DNA of 56,823 nt from positions 1 to 56,823 of IMG/VR virus record IMGVR_UViG_3300046804_004556; one strand, given 5' to 3'. Of the stretch, positions 19,000 to 27,834 are shown piece by piece. The notes beneath the pieces were generated by a model that saw only the letters and a list, made by a program, of their open reading frames with translations, did not search any database and was not told the DNA's origin. Source of the DNA: a virus. Its lineage: Duplodnaviria > Caudoviricetes. The translations under genes were made by a program, and so were the position numbers. Numbering within the stretch: position 1 is the first letter of the stretch; the number at the start of each line of letters is the position of its first letter.

Positions 19000-19581
19000 T
19001 TAATTGTCGCTAAGCGTTAATCCAGTAGATTTGTTACCACCTTCTTCGTTCATTCCGCCTTTTGCTTTACTTAAAAGAGATTTGATTTCTTTCTGAATTT
19101 CTTTAACGCTTGCGATGTACTCTTCCAGTTTTTGTTTTTCGTCTGGAGATAGGTTTTCAAAATTAAATTTCATATTTTTGTTTTCTTTTATTCCTGCTAC
19201 GGTGCGACCTTGATATTTTTGTTTTAGATAATCAACCATTTTAGCGTTCATATTAAAATCCTGCTCCAATTCTTTATCGTCTGGTTGGGATTCTATCGAC
19301 TTAGCCATTGCTTGCATGAATCCGTTCTCTACGCTATCGTCTACTATCGCTGACATCTGATCATCAACGTCCAATCTATCCAACCATGTTTTGGTTTTTT
19401 TAGAATCGGGTTTTGATATAGCGGCTTTGATGAAATCGAAAGTGTTCTTCGCTGCGTCTGCACCCGGTATCAAACCAGTTACCACATTAAGTGCTACGTT
19501 TCCTATCTTCTCGCCTTTCTGTTTCGTAGAAATGGCTTTGATAACTTTCTTTAGATCTCCGTATGTTTGTAATTCTGCCAT
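19000..19581 (-). CDS. Hypothetical, possibly late/virion protein
   Basis: ORF track; ATATTTAT motif 6 nt upstream. Confidence 0.55.
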   Translation of the reverse strand: MAELQTYGDLKKVIKAISTKQKGEKIGNVALNVVTGLIPGADAAKNTFDFIKAAISKPDSKKTKTWLDRLDVDDQMSAIVDDSVENGFMQAMAKSIESQPDDKELEQDFNMNAKMVDYLKQKYQGRTVAGIKENKNMKFNFENLSPDEKQKLEEYIASVKEIQKEIKSLLSKAKGGMNEEGGNKSTGLTLSDN

Positions 19582-19598
19582 CAGATAATAAATATCAA

Positions 19599-19805
19599 TT
19601 AGTGTCCATAAACATTACTTAGTTCTACGAGTTTTCTACCTACTTCTGGATCTCTGATAACTTGTATTGAGTCAGCTGTTTTGTTATCTGCAACCACAAA
19701 TCCTGTGTATCTCTCAGAAGTTGAGTGTTTAACGCATGTTGTTTTGTATCCCATTTTTACTCGAAGCGGGTGTATTTCTTCTTGACATACTTTACATTTG
19801 TGCAT
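19599..19805 (-). CDS. DksA/TraR-like zinc-finger protein (C3H)
   Basis: CxxC.EEIHPLR...GY..TCVKH. Confidence 0.55.
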   Translation of the reverse strand: MHKCKVCQEEIHPLRVKMGYKTTCVKHSTSERYTGFVVADNKTADSIQVIRDPEVGRKLVELSNVYGH

Positions 19806-19845
19806 AACTTTTATTTTTTTAGTTTACAATTTTTGAATGATTTGC

Positions 19846-20070
19846 TTAGCAATTATTGAATCTATTCTGTAAGTCTTCCCAATAGCCTCGCTCTCTGTTG
19901 TATCTATTAACCACCTCAACAAGATCGGGAAAACCTTGAGCCAGCTTTTTACGGTTGTCGTCGTCAGCTGAGAATATTGTTTCAATTAAATTTGATTTGA
20001 ATGAACCCGCTGTACCTCGTTTGTAGAAGCAAAAGTCGAATTCAGCTTTTGTAACATTTTCTTTTACCAT
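19846..20070 (-). CDS. Hypothetical protein (GSF...LI..I..AD..N..KL..GFP)
   Basis: ORF track. Confidence 0.6.
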   Translation of the reverse strand: MVKENVTKAEFDFCFYKRGTAGSFKSNLIETIFSADDDNRKKLAQGFPDLVEVVNRYNRERGYWEDLQNRFNNC

Positions 20071-20093
20071 ATATTTTGTTTTATTTTTTAGAA

Positions 20094-20315
20094 TTAACGA
20101 TATAGTGTTACGTATTCTCCGAAGTACTTATCAAAGACTTTAATGAGATTCTCGTAATCTCCTGACATCATTTCAGATTGAATCTTCTTTTTGTCAAGAT
20201 CAAGCTGCTTTGCCAAGTTTCCGGCCGTTGCGATCATGCTAAAGGCATTTCCATCTGGACCAGTGAGATCTATTTCAACAGGACCTGTTTTCATTTTTTT
20301 ATATTTTATTGACAT
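20094..20315 (-). CDS. Conserved phage hypothetical protein (IDLTGPDGNAF...M.SGDYE.L)
   Basis: Recognisable motif. Confidence 0.65.
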   Translation of the reverse strand: MSIKYKKMKTGPVEIDLTGPDGNAFSMIATAGNLAKQLDLDKKKIQSEMMSGDYENLIKVFDKYFGEYVTLYR

Positions 20316-20329
20316 AACTATTTTTTTTA

Positions 20330-20764
20330 TTATAGACTATTAATGTAATTGTTAACGGCTCTTGCATTGTTTGTGGCATCATTATCGTATCCGCCTACAC
20401 AAAAGATAGAGTGCTCGTCTTCTTCATCTTGATCTCGACTTCTTGCGTTTTCAACTCGAGACTTAAGGGCTTCTATAGTAGTCTCTTCCAATTTGAATTG
20501 TCCTTCGAATCCATAGCAAGAACAGTGTGATCCGTGCATCTCGTACAATGTTCCATTTTCTTTGTTTCTAAACACAAAGAAAGAAGTAGAGTCGCAGCCC
20601 CAACTGCCAACTGATTCGTACGCAATGAGTACATCTAACTTATCGAGTTGATCGTATACGACTTTTGCAGATTCTGCATCGTAAGGTTGTTCTGCGTATT
20701 GATCCGCGATGTGCTGTTTTACTTCAGCTTCAGTTTTTCCTAGTAAGTCTTCGATTGCTAACAT
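20330..20764 (-). CDS. Hypothetical protein with GSHCSCYG.E motif
   Basis: ORF track; Cys/His motif. Confidence 0.6.
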   Translation of the reverse strand: MLAIEDLLGKTEAEVKQHIADQYAEQPYDAESAKVVYDQLDKLDVLIAYESVGSWGCDSTSFFVFRNKENGTLYEMHGSHCSCYGFEGQFKLEETTIEALKSRVENARSRDQDEEDEHSIFCVGGYDNDATNNARAVNNYINSL

Positions 20765-20774
20765 AGTTTTTATT

Positions 20775-21134
20775 TTAGTTGAATTGATAAGATTGTTTTA
20801 AAGACCAGTTGTATGCGTCGTCTAAATTCATGAATGTAATTCTACTCGATAATTCTTCTAGACTTATACTAGCATCTACGCTTTCTCCTTCATCATCGCA
20901 TCCCAAAATTAAACCATTTCCTGCGATTGGTTGCGGATAACTATCGAGTAAGAAGAAATGTTGAGGATTTTTCAGTAAGCCTTCGTCGTCACAATACAAC
21001 GTATCATTATCTTGCATAATGTGAGGAGCTGAGAATGTTTCACAATCTATTGCCTTTGAAATTTCAGTGAAGTGTTCACCGATTTCTATTTGTTTTACTA
21101 CTTTGTTTTTTGAGTCGATCAATAATGCTTTCAT
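20775..21134 (-). CDS. DUF3846-like protein
   Basis: MKALLID..., LYCDDEGLL, P.AG..L..G.D..G; start at 21134. Confidence 0.6.
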   Translation of the reverse strand: MKALLIDSKNKVVKQIEIGEHFTEISKAIDCETFSAPHIMQDNDTLYCDDEGLLKNPQHFFLLDSYPQPIAGNGLILGCDDEGESVDASISLEELSSRITFMNLDDAYNWSLKQSYQFN

Positions 21135-21169
21135 AACTTTTATTTTTAGTTTGTTTAATTTGTTTTTGT

Positions 21170-21460
21170 TTACCATTTATTGTAGCCGATGTAGTCCTTA
21201 GGACCACCAGCGATTGTCTTCTTAGCAGTCATTTCACCACCAATAGAACTACCACAAAATTCTACATAATCAGGCAACTTATCGCCGTATGCATCGAATG
21301 CTTTATCGACCTCTGATAGTAATTCTTCTGGCCAGTTGAAGCCGAATTCGATTGAGTAAGTTATTTCGTCGTCGTATCCGAAACGTTTAACTTCGCATGG
21401 GATCTTAGCTTCTTCTAAGCGAGCTACTACTTGTTGAAAAGTTAATTTTTTTTGTTTCAT
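21170..21460 (-). CDS. Hypothetical protein
   Basis: ORF track; AGTTATG start. Confidence 0.55.
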   Translation of the reverse strand: MKQKKLTFQQVVARLEEAKIPCEVKRFGYDDEITYSIEFGFNWPEELLSEVDKAFDAYGDKLPDYVEFCGSSIGGEMTAKKTIAGGPKDYIGYNKW

Positions 21461-21476
21461 AACTATTTTTTTATTA

Positions 21477-21614
21477 CTAATGTTTTTTTCTAGCCCAATT
21501 TTTTGCGGCGTGTTTCTTCTTGTCTCTCACTACTTTCTCTTTGAATCTGCCATCGTATGCACCAGCTGCAACCATATCTGATCGCTTAGCTTTGAGTTTG
21601 TTTATCTTTTTCAT
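21477..21614 (-). CDS. 45-aa basic peptide (MKKINKLKAKRSDMVAAGAYDGRFKEKVVRDKKKHAAKNWARKKH)
   Basis: Manually read ORF filling the gap. Confidence 0.5.
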   Translation of the reverse strand: MKKINKLKAKRSDMVAAGAYDGRFKEKVVRDKKKHAAKNWARKKH

Positions 21615-22020
21615 AAAAACGTTTTGAATTATCGTATTCGTCTTCTACATATTCTGTTCTCACTCTCTTAACCAACCATTTCTCAGTAACTGTACCACAC
21701 TCTCTATCTTCGATAAAAACTTGGCCGACTCCATAATCAAAGCTCAAATCTATTCCGTTATAATATCTTAAAGCCGCTTCATAACTTGTGAAAGGCCCTT
21801 CTGTAAAAGTGTCTTTGTCAGAATCGTAACCTTCGATCAATTCAAAATCATACGACATATCTCCATCGTGAACAGCTACATAAGGACCAGCAGTAACGAA
21901 CCACATATTTGGTGTTCGTCCGTCTCCAACTATTTCTCTTGCCATTGCTTTAATTTCTTTTTGCGTCATAACTTTATTTTTTTGTGCTTTGATAAAAGCG
22001 GTGATTTGATAGTGATTCAT
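21586..22020 (-). CDS. Hypothetical protein
   Basis: ORF track (start may be 21969). Confidence 0.55.
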   Translation of the reverse strand: MNHYQITAFIKAQKNKVMTQKEIKAMAREIVGDGRTPNMWFVTAGPYVAVHDGDMSYDFELIEGYDSDKDTFTEGPFTSYEAALRYYNGIDLSFDYGVGQVFIEDRECGTVTEKWLVKRVRTEYVEDEYDNSKRFYEKDKQTQS

Positions 22021-22035
22021 TTCGATTGTTTTTAA

Positions 22036-22233
22036 TTATTCATCATCATCGTCTTCGTCATCGTATTCGATAATCTCTTCTTCCCATTCATCGATGTCTT
22101 CAGTAGTTTCTTCTTGAATTACCTTATCGATGTCTTTCTTTGCCTCTTTAGCGGCTTTGGTATTGCTTTCAAATACTGGAATTATCTCATCGTCCAGTTC
22201 GAAGTCGTCAAATTCGTCGTACATAAAATTCAT
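22036..22233 (-). CDS. Extremely acidic small protein
   Basis: Asp/Glu-dominated 65 aa. Confidence 0.55.
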   Translation of the reverse strand: MNFMYDEFDDFELDDEIIPVFESNTKAAKEAKKDIDKVIQEETTEDIDEWEEEIIEYDDEDDDDE

Positions 22234-22256
22234 AGTTGTTATTGTTTTTTTATTTA

Positions 22257-22475
22257 TTATTCAGATATTGTTTCAAGTTCAAATGCTTCGGCTCTTTTAC
22301 CTTTAACTGCTGTTGGGTAATAGTATATGCCGTCTACTCTTATCGATTGTTGTAGCAGACCAGTTTCTACGCTACGTACACGAATAGACTTTTCAGCTTT
22401 CGTTTCCCAAACGATGTCTTCGAGAACAATCTTTGATTGTGATACTCTTTTGAATGTTTTAAGTGTTGTTTCCAT
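22257..22475 (-). CDS. Hypothetical protein
   Basis: ORF track. Confidence 0.55.
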   Translation of the reverse strand: METTLKTFKRVSQSKIVLEDIVWETKAEKSIRVRSVETGLLQQSIRVDGIYYYPTAVKGKRAEAFELETISE

Positions 22476-22498
22476 GTTGATATTTTTTATTTGATTAA

Positions 22499-22717
22499 TT
22501 ATTTTATAGGATTTCCGATTAGCATATTGCGTTTAGCCATAACCATCAGCTCAGTCTCTCTTGTGTTGTGCACCCAATGGTACATAAGATCGTTAACCAG
22601 TTCGGCGTAAAATTCTGGATCGTTCTTGATGTCTTCTAAAGTTGGCGTGAATGCAGCTTCTACTTCGTGTGATCTGTCAATGTAGTTGATGTCGATGTAA
22701 GGATTGATTGTACTCAT
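22499..22717 (-). CDS. Hypothetical protein
   Basis: ORF track; AAAGTTATG start. Confidence 0.55.
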   Translation of the reverse strand: MSTINPYIDINYIDRSHEVEAAFTPTLEDIKNDPEFYAELVNDLMYHWVHNTRETELMVMAKRNMLIGNPIK

Positions 22718-22758
22718 AACTTTAATTTTGTTTTTTATATAATAAATTTTGTGAATGA

Positions 22759-23187
22759 TTATTTAGATTTGTTCGCAACGAATGCTTTATCAGCCCATGT
22801 TTTTGCGTTACACAATGCGTAATTGGTTTGGCTATATAAATTAGTATTCGACCAATTCTGATTGATGTCACCAACCTCCATGTCTTTGAACAGTTGATAG
22901 TCCATCAATTTAATTTTGTTACCAGCTTTAGCGAATACAGTCAACCACGTATTTGATCCCTCAGCTTTGAACTCGATCGTTTGTAAGGCGCCTTTCTTAA
23001 AGCCACGAAATACGTCGATAGCAGAATTCCATCTTTGCTTACCCCAATTGTTTTCAATACCGATATCGTTAACTACCGTCATGAAGCCAGCTTGCACTTT
23101 TACGATTGCTCTGTATTCACCTTTACGGTCGTTAATGAATTCTACTTGACTGATTCTTTCTGAATTGATAATTTGTAACTTGTTCAT
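22759..23187 (-). CDS. Hypothetical protein
   Basis: ORF track; AAAGTTATG start. Confidence 0.6.
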   Translation of the reverse strand: MNKLQIINSERISQVEFINDRKGEYRAIVKVQAGFMTVVNDIGIENNWGKQRWNSAIDVFRGFKKGALQTIEFKAEGSNTWLTVFAKAGNKIKLMDYQLFKDMEVGDINQNWSNTNLYSQTNYALCNAKTWADKAFVANKSK

Positions 23188-23246
23188 AACTTTTATTGTT
23201 TTATATTTTTTAAATGATTTGATTAGAATTGAAGTGAGTGCTGATA

Positions 23247-23603
23247 TTACTTGATAACAGCCAAACGATTAACCGCACCTGCGGTAAGTCCTAACGCTCT
23301 AAGCTCTTGCTTAAGCTTGTTAACGTTTTGGAATTTACCCATCTTAACGTTATACTGAGCACAGATCTGATTGATAGTGGCTGATTCGCGCTTCAGCATT
23401 GCTAAGAACTGCATTGCTTCTTTCAACTGCTTGTTAGTCTTACAAGCAATGATTTGCTTCTTACCGAAGAAGTCAACATACTCTACACGTGTACCACTAG
23501 ATGCTTTTTCAGTAAGCTTTGTAGCAGCTTTAGGAATGTAAACAGTCTGCTCTTGAGATGAAGTGTTCCAGATTGCGTCGTTGTAAGTTGTTACTTTGTT
23601 CAT
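23247..23603 (-). CDS. Basic hypothetical protein, first gene after repeated promoter copy 1
   Basis: Start re-assigned to MNKVTTYN (23603) because the upstream extension overlaps the promoter. Confidence 0.6.
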   Translation of the reverse strand: MNKVTTYNDAIWNTSSQEQTVYIPKAATKLTEKASSGTRVEYVDFFGKKQIIACKTNKQLKEAMQFLAMLKRESATINQICAQYNVKMGKFQNVNKLKQELRALGLTAGAVNRLAVIK

Positions 23604-23650
23604 ATTATATATTTTTTTAATGATTAGGCTGTCTGTTGCCGTTAATAGGG

Positions 23651-23724
23651 TAAATCTACGATGGCTTTTTGACATAAAAAAATTTTTAAGCAACTATTTT
23701 CAAAAAAATATCAGGGAGAACCAA
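23651..23724 (-). promoter_or_regulatory. Repeated promoter, copy 1 (34-bp upstream element plus TAGATTTA -7 box)
   Basis: CAACTATTTTCAAAAAAATATCAGGGAGAACCAA at 23691-23724, 32 nt from the -7 box at 23651-23658. Confidence 0.7.
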
Positions 23725-23967
23725 CGCTTTATGGATATATTTCCAATGAATATATAACTTATTGGTGGACAATCAGTTGCCGCAGGCCCAGGCAGGTGCG
23801 TACGAGGGATAGGGGCGATGTATGTATAAGGCAAGACCCAAAGCTTTGTCCATGAGCTTCCTGACTGATCTGGCAGCTGTTATTTCCGTAACAATTATAT
23901 GCTAAAATTTGTTACGATCAATGAGTTATGTATTATATTTTATGTATATGTGTAAGTGATTGGACAT

Positions 23968-23998
23968 AAAAAAAGATCGGCCGATTAAGACCGATCTT
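23968..23998 (-). terminator. Intrinsic terminator after the HTH gene
   Basis: Minus strand AAGATCGGTC-TTAATC-GGCCGATCTT followed by a T run. Confidence 0.75.
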
Positions 23999-24040
23999 GT
24001 GTTAGCGCCGCGAGGTGCTAGCGTTTAAGGATAGACGCTC

Positions 24041-24316
24041 TTAGGCATTTTCCATCTTAGACAACTTAACTGCGTTTGATACGCGGTTACGAGTCAAATC
24101 GTAGATACGATTAACGATAGATTCGTTGAAGTACTTACCGCTTACAACGTCAGATACGTGAGTAGTAGAATAGCCAGTTTCGTCTGCAATTCTAGTGATG
24201 TCACCATTACGAAGTTTACGATTGATACGACTTACTTTCTGGATGTAAGATAGTTTTTTGTAGCTAGATGGACGACTACTTTCGCTCTTAGAGCTTGATT
24301 TTGTGTTCTTGTTCAT
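24041..24316 (-). CDS. Basic HTH DNA-binding protein
   Basis: ITRIADETGYSTTHVSDVVSG helix-turn-helix; own terminator. Confidence 0.65.
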   Translation of the reverse strand: MNKNTKSSSKSESSRPSSYKKLSYIQKVSRINRKLRNGDITRIADETGYSTTHVSDVVSGKYFNESIVNRIYDLTRNRVSNAVKLSKMENA

Positions 24317-24413
24317 AACGCTTATTTGTTTTTGATTATAAGACTAATATATAGAGCTTTTTTCTATTTGAGAAATTTACTTTTTAAGTAGTAAAAGTTT
24401 TTTCTTCTAAGTC

Positions 24414-24518
24414 TTATAGATGATCTTGGCATCTTGTACACTTCAAATTAACATAACCTCCGAAGGTGTAAGCCGTCATCCATGTGTGACCGATAAGGGT
24501 GCATATTAATTTTTTCAT
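24414..24518 (-). CDS. DUF1660-like 34-aa Zn-binding peptide (MKKLICTLIGHTW...CTRC)
   Basis: Manually read ORF; C..L.GH.W...CxxC. Confidence 0.45.
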   Translation of the reverse strand: MKKLICTLIGHTWMTAYTFGGYVNLKCTRCQDHL

Positions 24519-24582
24519 AGTGTTTAGAATTTGATTAATATAATGCAAACTGTGTGCCAAACTTTAGACTTAGAAATATTTT

Positions 24583-25326
24583 TTATATTTTATTTATATT
24601 TATTTGATCGTCCTCAATTACCATGTATTGGCCTGATGTTCCGAGACAATCTATAAACCAATACCTATTGTCTTTTTCTGCGGCGATATCGTCAGTTATC
24701 TTACTGACTTGTGTGTGTCCTACTATCTGAATCACTTTATTTTTAAGTGTATCCATATTTGCACTCATTAAAGATCTTGGCCTGATCCAGATGGGTGACT
24801 GTTCTGTGTTGTCTCCGTAAGGATCTAACCAACGTGACTTACTGATTGAGACTGCAGCTCCAAACATGAACGTACGAGGTTTGTACTTATACAGTTCATT
24901 TATATCTTCCACAATATTTTCTACATTCCATTCGCCTTTACCGAAAACACTATTCAAAAACTTACCGCTTACCCCAGCGTGAGTGAACAAAAAGTCTTTG
25001 AATTGATATGCCATTTGTAAGTGATGTTTGTTCTGCTCTAAGACTTCTGATATTGATGGAGCAAGAGTGTTTTGATAACCCGAATATTGCTCATCGATAC
25101 CCGTCATATAATGATAATCGTGGTTGCCTACTAACATCACCACTTCAATGCCGCTAGTTTCTTTGTAGTGCACTATGTCTTTGAAGTTTTGTATCTGATC
25201 GAATCCACTAATTTCGAAAGAATCAAAATAATCACCGATGAAAACAACCCTGTCTGGTTTCTCAGTATGCGTGATTAATTTCCATAGCGACCTTCCGTGA
25301 GTGTCACCTAGTACTACTGTTTTCAT
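24583..25326 (-). CDS. Calcineurin-like metallophosphoesterase
   Basis: GD.HG, GDYFD, GNHD, THAG and GHT motifs. Confidence 0.85.
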   Translation of the reverse strand: MKTVVLGDTHGRSLWKLITHTEKPDRVVFIGDYFDSFEISGFDQIQNFKDIVHYKETSGIEVVMLVGNHDYHYMTGIDEQYSGYQNTLAPSISEVLEQNKHHLQMAYQFKDFLFTHAGVSGKFLNSVFGKGEWNVENIVEDINELYKYKPRTFMFGAAVSISKSRWLDPYGDNTEQSPIWIRPRSLMSANMDTLKNKVIQIVGHTQVSKITDDIAAEKDNRYWFIDCLGTSGQYMVIEDDQININKI

Positions 25327-25454
25327 GTGATTTATTTTTGAATAATTTAAAAATTTCTATGATTGTTTTACAAATTATCTTTACGGCCTCAAGAAAAAAT
25401 GCTGCGCATAAAAACATGGCTAATGCGATCCAAAACATGATGATGTTGTTTTAA

Positions 25455-25703
25455 TTATTTATTGTGTTTTGCGTATGAGATCTCTCTCGAATCGTATGAA
25501 CAAACGATAGAGTCGTAAAATGCTGAACTGATGCCCTCAAATTTACCGTCTCGACCTTCGTTGATGTACATTATATTGTTTTCTTTCTCGATGATTGAAG
25601 AAGTTTTTGGCGGCCATAGAGAAAGTGCAGTGTATTTCTTGTCTCTCTTCATTCTTTTTAACGTTACTAAAGCTTCTAGTTCTTTTTGGTTGTAGTCTAT
25701 CAT
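25455..25703 (-). CDS. Hypothetical protein
   Basis: ORF track. Confidence 0.45.
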   Translation of the reverse strand: MIDYNQKELEALVTLKRMKRDKKYTALSLWPPKTSSIIEKENNIMYINEGRDGKFEGISSAFYDSIVCSYDSREISYAKHNK

Positions 25704-25736
25704 ATGTGATTTTTTTAATTAATTATTTTGATTGAT

Positions 25737-25898
25737 TTAGAATTCTTCTATGATACCAATTACTTCAGCAAGCATAAATGCTGCTCCTGCTCCGAAGAAA
25801 TCCTGGTACACTAGAAAAAAGCCTGCGAATAATCTAACTATAGATTTTGCGATACTCAATCTAAAGTGCCAATTTGTTTTTGATTCTTTCTGTTGCAT
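25737..25898 (-). CDS. 53-aa membrane peptide (HF..S..KS..R...AE..GI.EE)
   Basis: Manually read ORF; hydrophobic. Confidence 0.5.
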   Translation of the reverse strand: MQQKESKTNWHFRLSIAKSIVRLFAGFFLVYQDFFGAGAAFMLAEVIGIIEEF

Positions 25899-25916
25899 GA
25901 TTTATATTTTTATTTA

Positions 25917-26165
25917 CTAATTGTGTTTCATCCCAGAACAAACACCATATCCTTGTCTTGAGGCAAGCATGTTCATTCTGTTCGCCAATTCCATTGGCAT
26001 GATCTGTATCTCGTTTCCCGTTTTGTGATTAGCGATCTGCACTCCACCAACCGGTTGAACGGTGGAACAGCTAACGCAACTCTTATAACCATATTTTATC
26101 TTGCGAAGAAGCGGCATATCGTTACCGCATTTGGTGCATGCACACATTTCTAATTTTATTTTCAT
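25917..26165 (-). CDS. DksA/TraR-like C4 zinc-finger protein (paralog of 19599..19805)
   Basis: CTKCG..MP.LR...YGY..CVSCS...HKTGN.IQI. Confidence 0.6.
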   Translation of the reverse strand: MKIKLEMCACTKCGNDMPLLRKIKYGYKSCVSCSTVQPVGGVQIANHKTGNEIQIMPMELANRMNMLASRQGYGVCSGMKHN

Positions 26166-26184
26166 AACTTTTATTTTTTATTGA

Positions 26185-26439
26185 TTAGTAATTTTCGTCT
26201 TCGTATAGATCTTCTTCAGACCAAGGATTTTCATTTGAAATGCCGTGATCGATATTGTAGATTCTAACTTTGTGTTTATAGTCTTCTAATTCTTCCCAAT
26301 CCATTTGTCTAAGAAGATCGAATAGCTGACACTCTTTAGAATACAGATCATGAAATTCTGGATGATCGGCTGACATCGATTCCATAGGAACGGTGTCTAC
26401 ATACAATCGAAATGCTGTGCTGATGATTTCGTCTCTCAT
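26185..26439 (-). CDS. Hypothetical acidic protein
   Basis: ORF track. Confidence 0.5.
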   Translation of the reverse strand: MRDEIISTAFRLYVDTVPMESMSADHPEFHDLYSKECQLFDLLRQMDWEELEDYKHKVRIYNIDHGISNENPWSEEDLYEDENY

Positions 26440-26470
26440 AATTAATATAGTTTTATTTTTTATTGATTGA

Positions 26471-27256
26471 TTATTTATTTCTATTAATATCGTCTATCGC
26501 TACGATAAATGCGTTGTTAGTCTTTTCTACTTTGTTCTTAACGCGTTTGAATTTAAGACCAACGATTACGTTCTTATCATCTACGTATCGCATATCGTAT
26601 GCATCGCCGTCTATTACTTTATAGCCTTTGTACGTTTCAGGTAAACTCTTTTCGAATACAACAGCTACACGACCATAATCATTATTTAGTATGTACTCGC
26701 ATTCGTCCCAATTGTGTCCAGAGTAACTGAACGTAAGATCATAGTTTTGATATTGATCTGGCAAACGGAAACGATTGGCTACTTTCGTATAGTCGTAGAA
26801 CTGTACGTCTGGAAATATATCGAATAACACTTTGCCTTCGTGCTTAAATAAAGTTGGTTGCAAATCTGAGGTACCGTTGATACGCACTGAGAATTTCATG
26901 CCTTTCTTTTCAGCCTTCGCTTTAGCCTTTGCAATTTCGGCAACAGTCCACGACATGAAGTAGTCACGATTAGTGAAAAACAATTGAGTCTTCTTGATAC
27001 GCGATTCGACTATACGGTTAGTCTTGTCCATAATAACTTGGCCACTGCCAAATAAACATGCGTTAGTACATTCAGCTGTACGCTTAGGACACACCTCGTA
27101 TCCGCTCAGATCCGCAGGTGCAAGATAGATAATGTAAGTAAGCTCGTTATACTTTTCGTTCTTTAAGATCTTAGCGCTTGAATTGATAGCGCCGATGTAA
27201 GATAATCCAGTTTCGCGTTTGGCTTGAGTAGCATTTTTGTAAGTCAACTTTGTCAT
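26471..27256 (-). CDS. GP88-like protein (atypical radical-SAM-like Cys motif)
   Basis: LAPA..SG..VCP.....C...CL..SG, R.NGTSD, FYDYTK, Y.LTFS.S, VIDGD..D.R. Confidence 0.75.
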   Translation of the reverse strand: MTKLTYKNATQAKRETGLSYIGAINSSAKILKNEKYNELTYIIYLAPADLSGYEVCPKRTAECTNACLFGSGQVIMDKTNRIVESRIKKTQLFFTNRDYFMSWTVAEIAKAKAKAEKKGMKFSVRINGTSDLQPTLFKHEGKVLFDIFPDVQFYDYTKVANRFRLPDQYQNYDLTFSYSGHNWDECEYILNNDYGRVAVVFEKSLPETYKGYKVIDGDAYDMRYVDDKNVIVGLKFKRVKNKVEKTNNAFIVAIDDINRNK

Positions 27257-27306
27257 AACTTATTATGTTTTTTTATTATTTAATGGCCTGATTGTCGGCA
27301 ACAGTG

Positions 27307-27379
27307 TAAAAGTACTACTATTTGGATTACGAAAAAACTTTTTAACAACTATTTTCAAAAATACTTCAGGGAGAACCAA
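27307..27379 (-). promoter_or_regulatory. Repeated promoter, copy 2
   Basis: CAACTATTTTCAAAAATACTTCAGGGAGAACCAA at 27346-27379; TACTTTTA -7 box at 27314-27307. Confidence 0.7.
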
Positions 27380-27516
27380 GCAATTACACATATATATTTT
27401 TTACATATGTGCTCCCATTGGTAATCAATAAGTTGCATGGAGAGGGGGGGCCTTTATCGACGCTTAGCATATATATTTAGCTAAGAGGATGAGATCGGGT
27501 GCAGCTGTAGTATAGC

Positions 27517-27798
27517 TTATTTGACGTTGTATTTAAAGAATAGCTTTTCCAATTGTGTCTCTTGGGACCAAGTTAGTGTGAGTGTTTTTTGCACAAGTTT
27601 TAAGAACGCCGCATCTACTTCTGTGTCAGCGACGCTCTCGTGCCTTGTGATTCTGAACTTGTAACGCTGGGATATTGCGTCATGCAGACGCTTTAATTTT
27701 TCTGATCTTTGTCGACTTTTTTCAAAAGCTTCTGCCTTGTCCGTAGACTGCAGCAGTTTGTCCGCCATCTTGGTGAGTAATGATCTTCTTTTATCCAT
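27517..27798 (-). CDS. Basic hypothetical protein
   Basis: ORF track. Confidence 0.5.
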   Translation of the reverse strand: MDKRRSLLTKMADKLLQSTDKAEAFEKSRQRSEKLKRLHDAISQRYKFRITRHESVADTEVDAAFLKLVQKTLTLTWSQETQLEKLFFKYNVK

Positions 27799-27834
27799 TG
27801 TCTCATAAAACGGGGTTTAAGTGAACAATATCGA

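Noticed and set aside
23604-23693. N-terminal extension of ORF 23247..23693
   Set aside because: It overlaps the repeated promoter and leader; the ATG at 23603 has the typical A-rich context.
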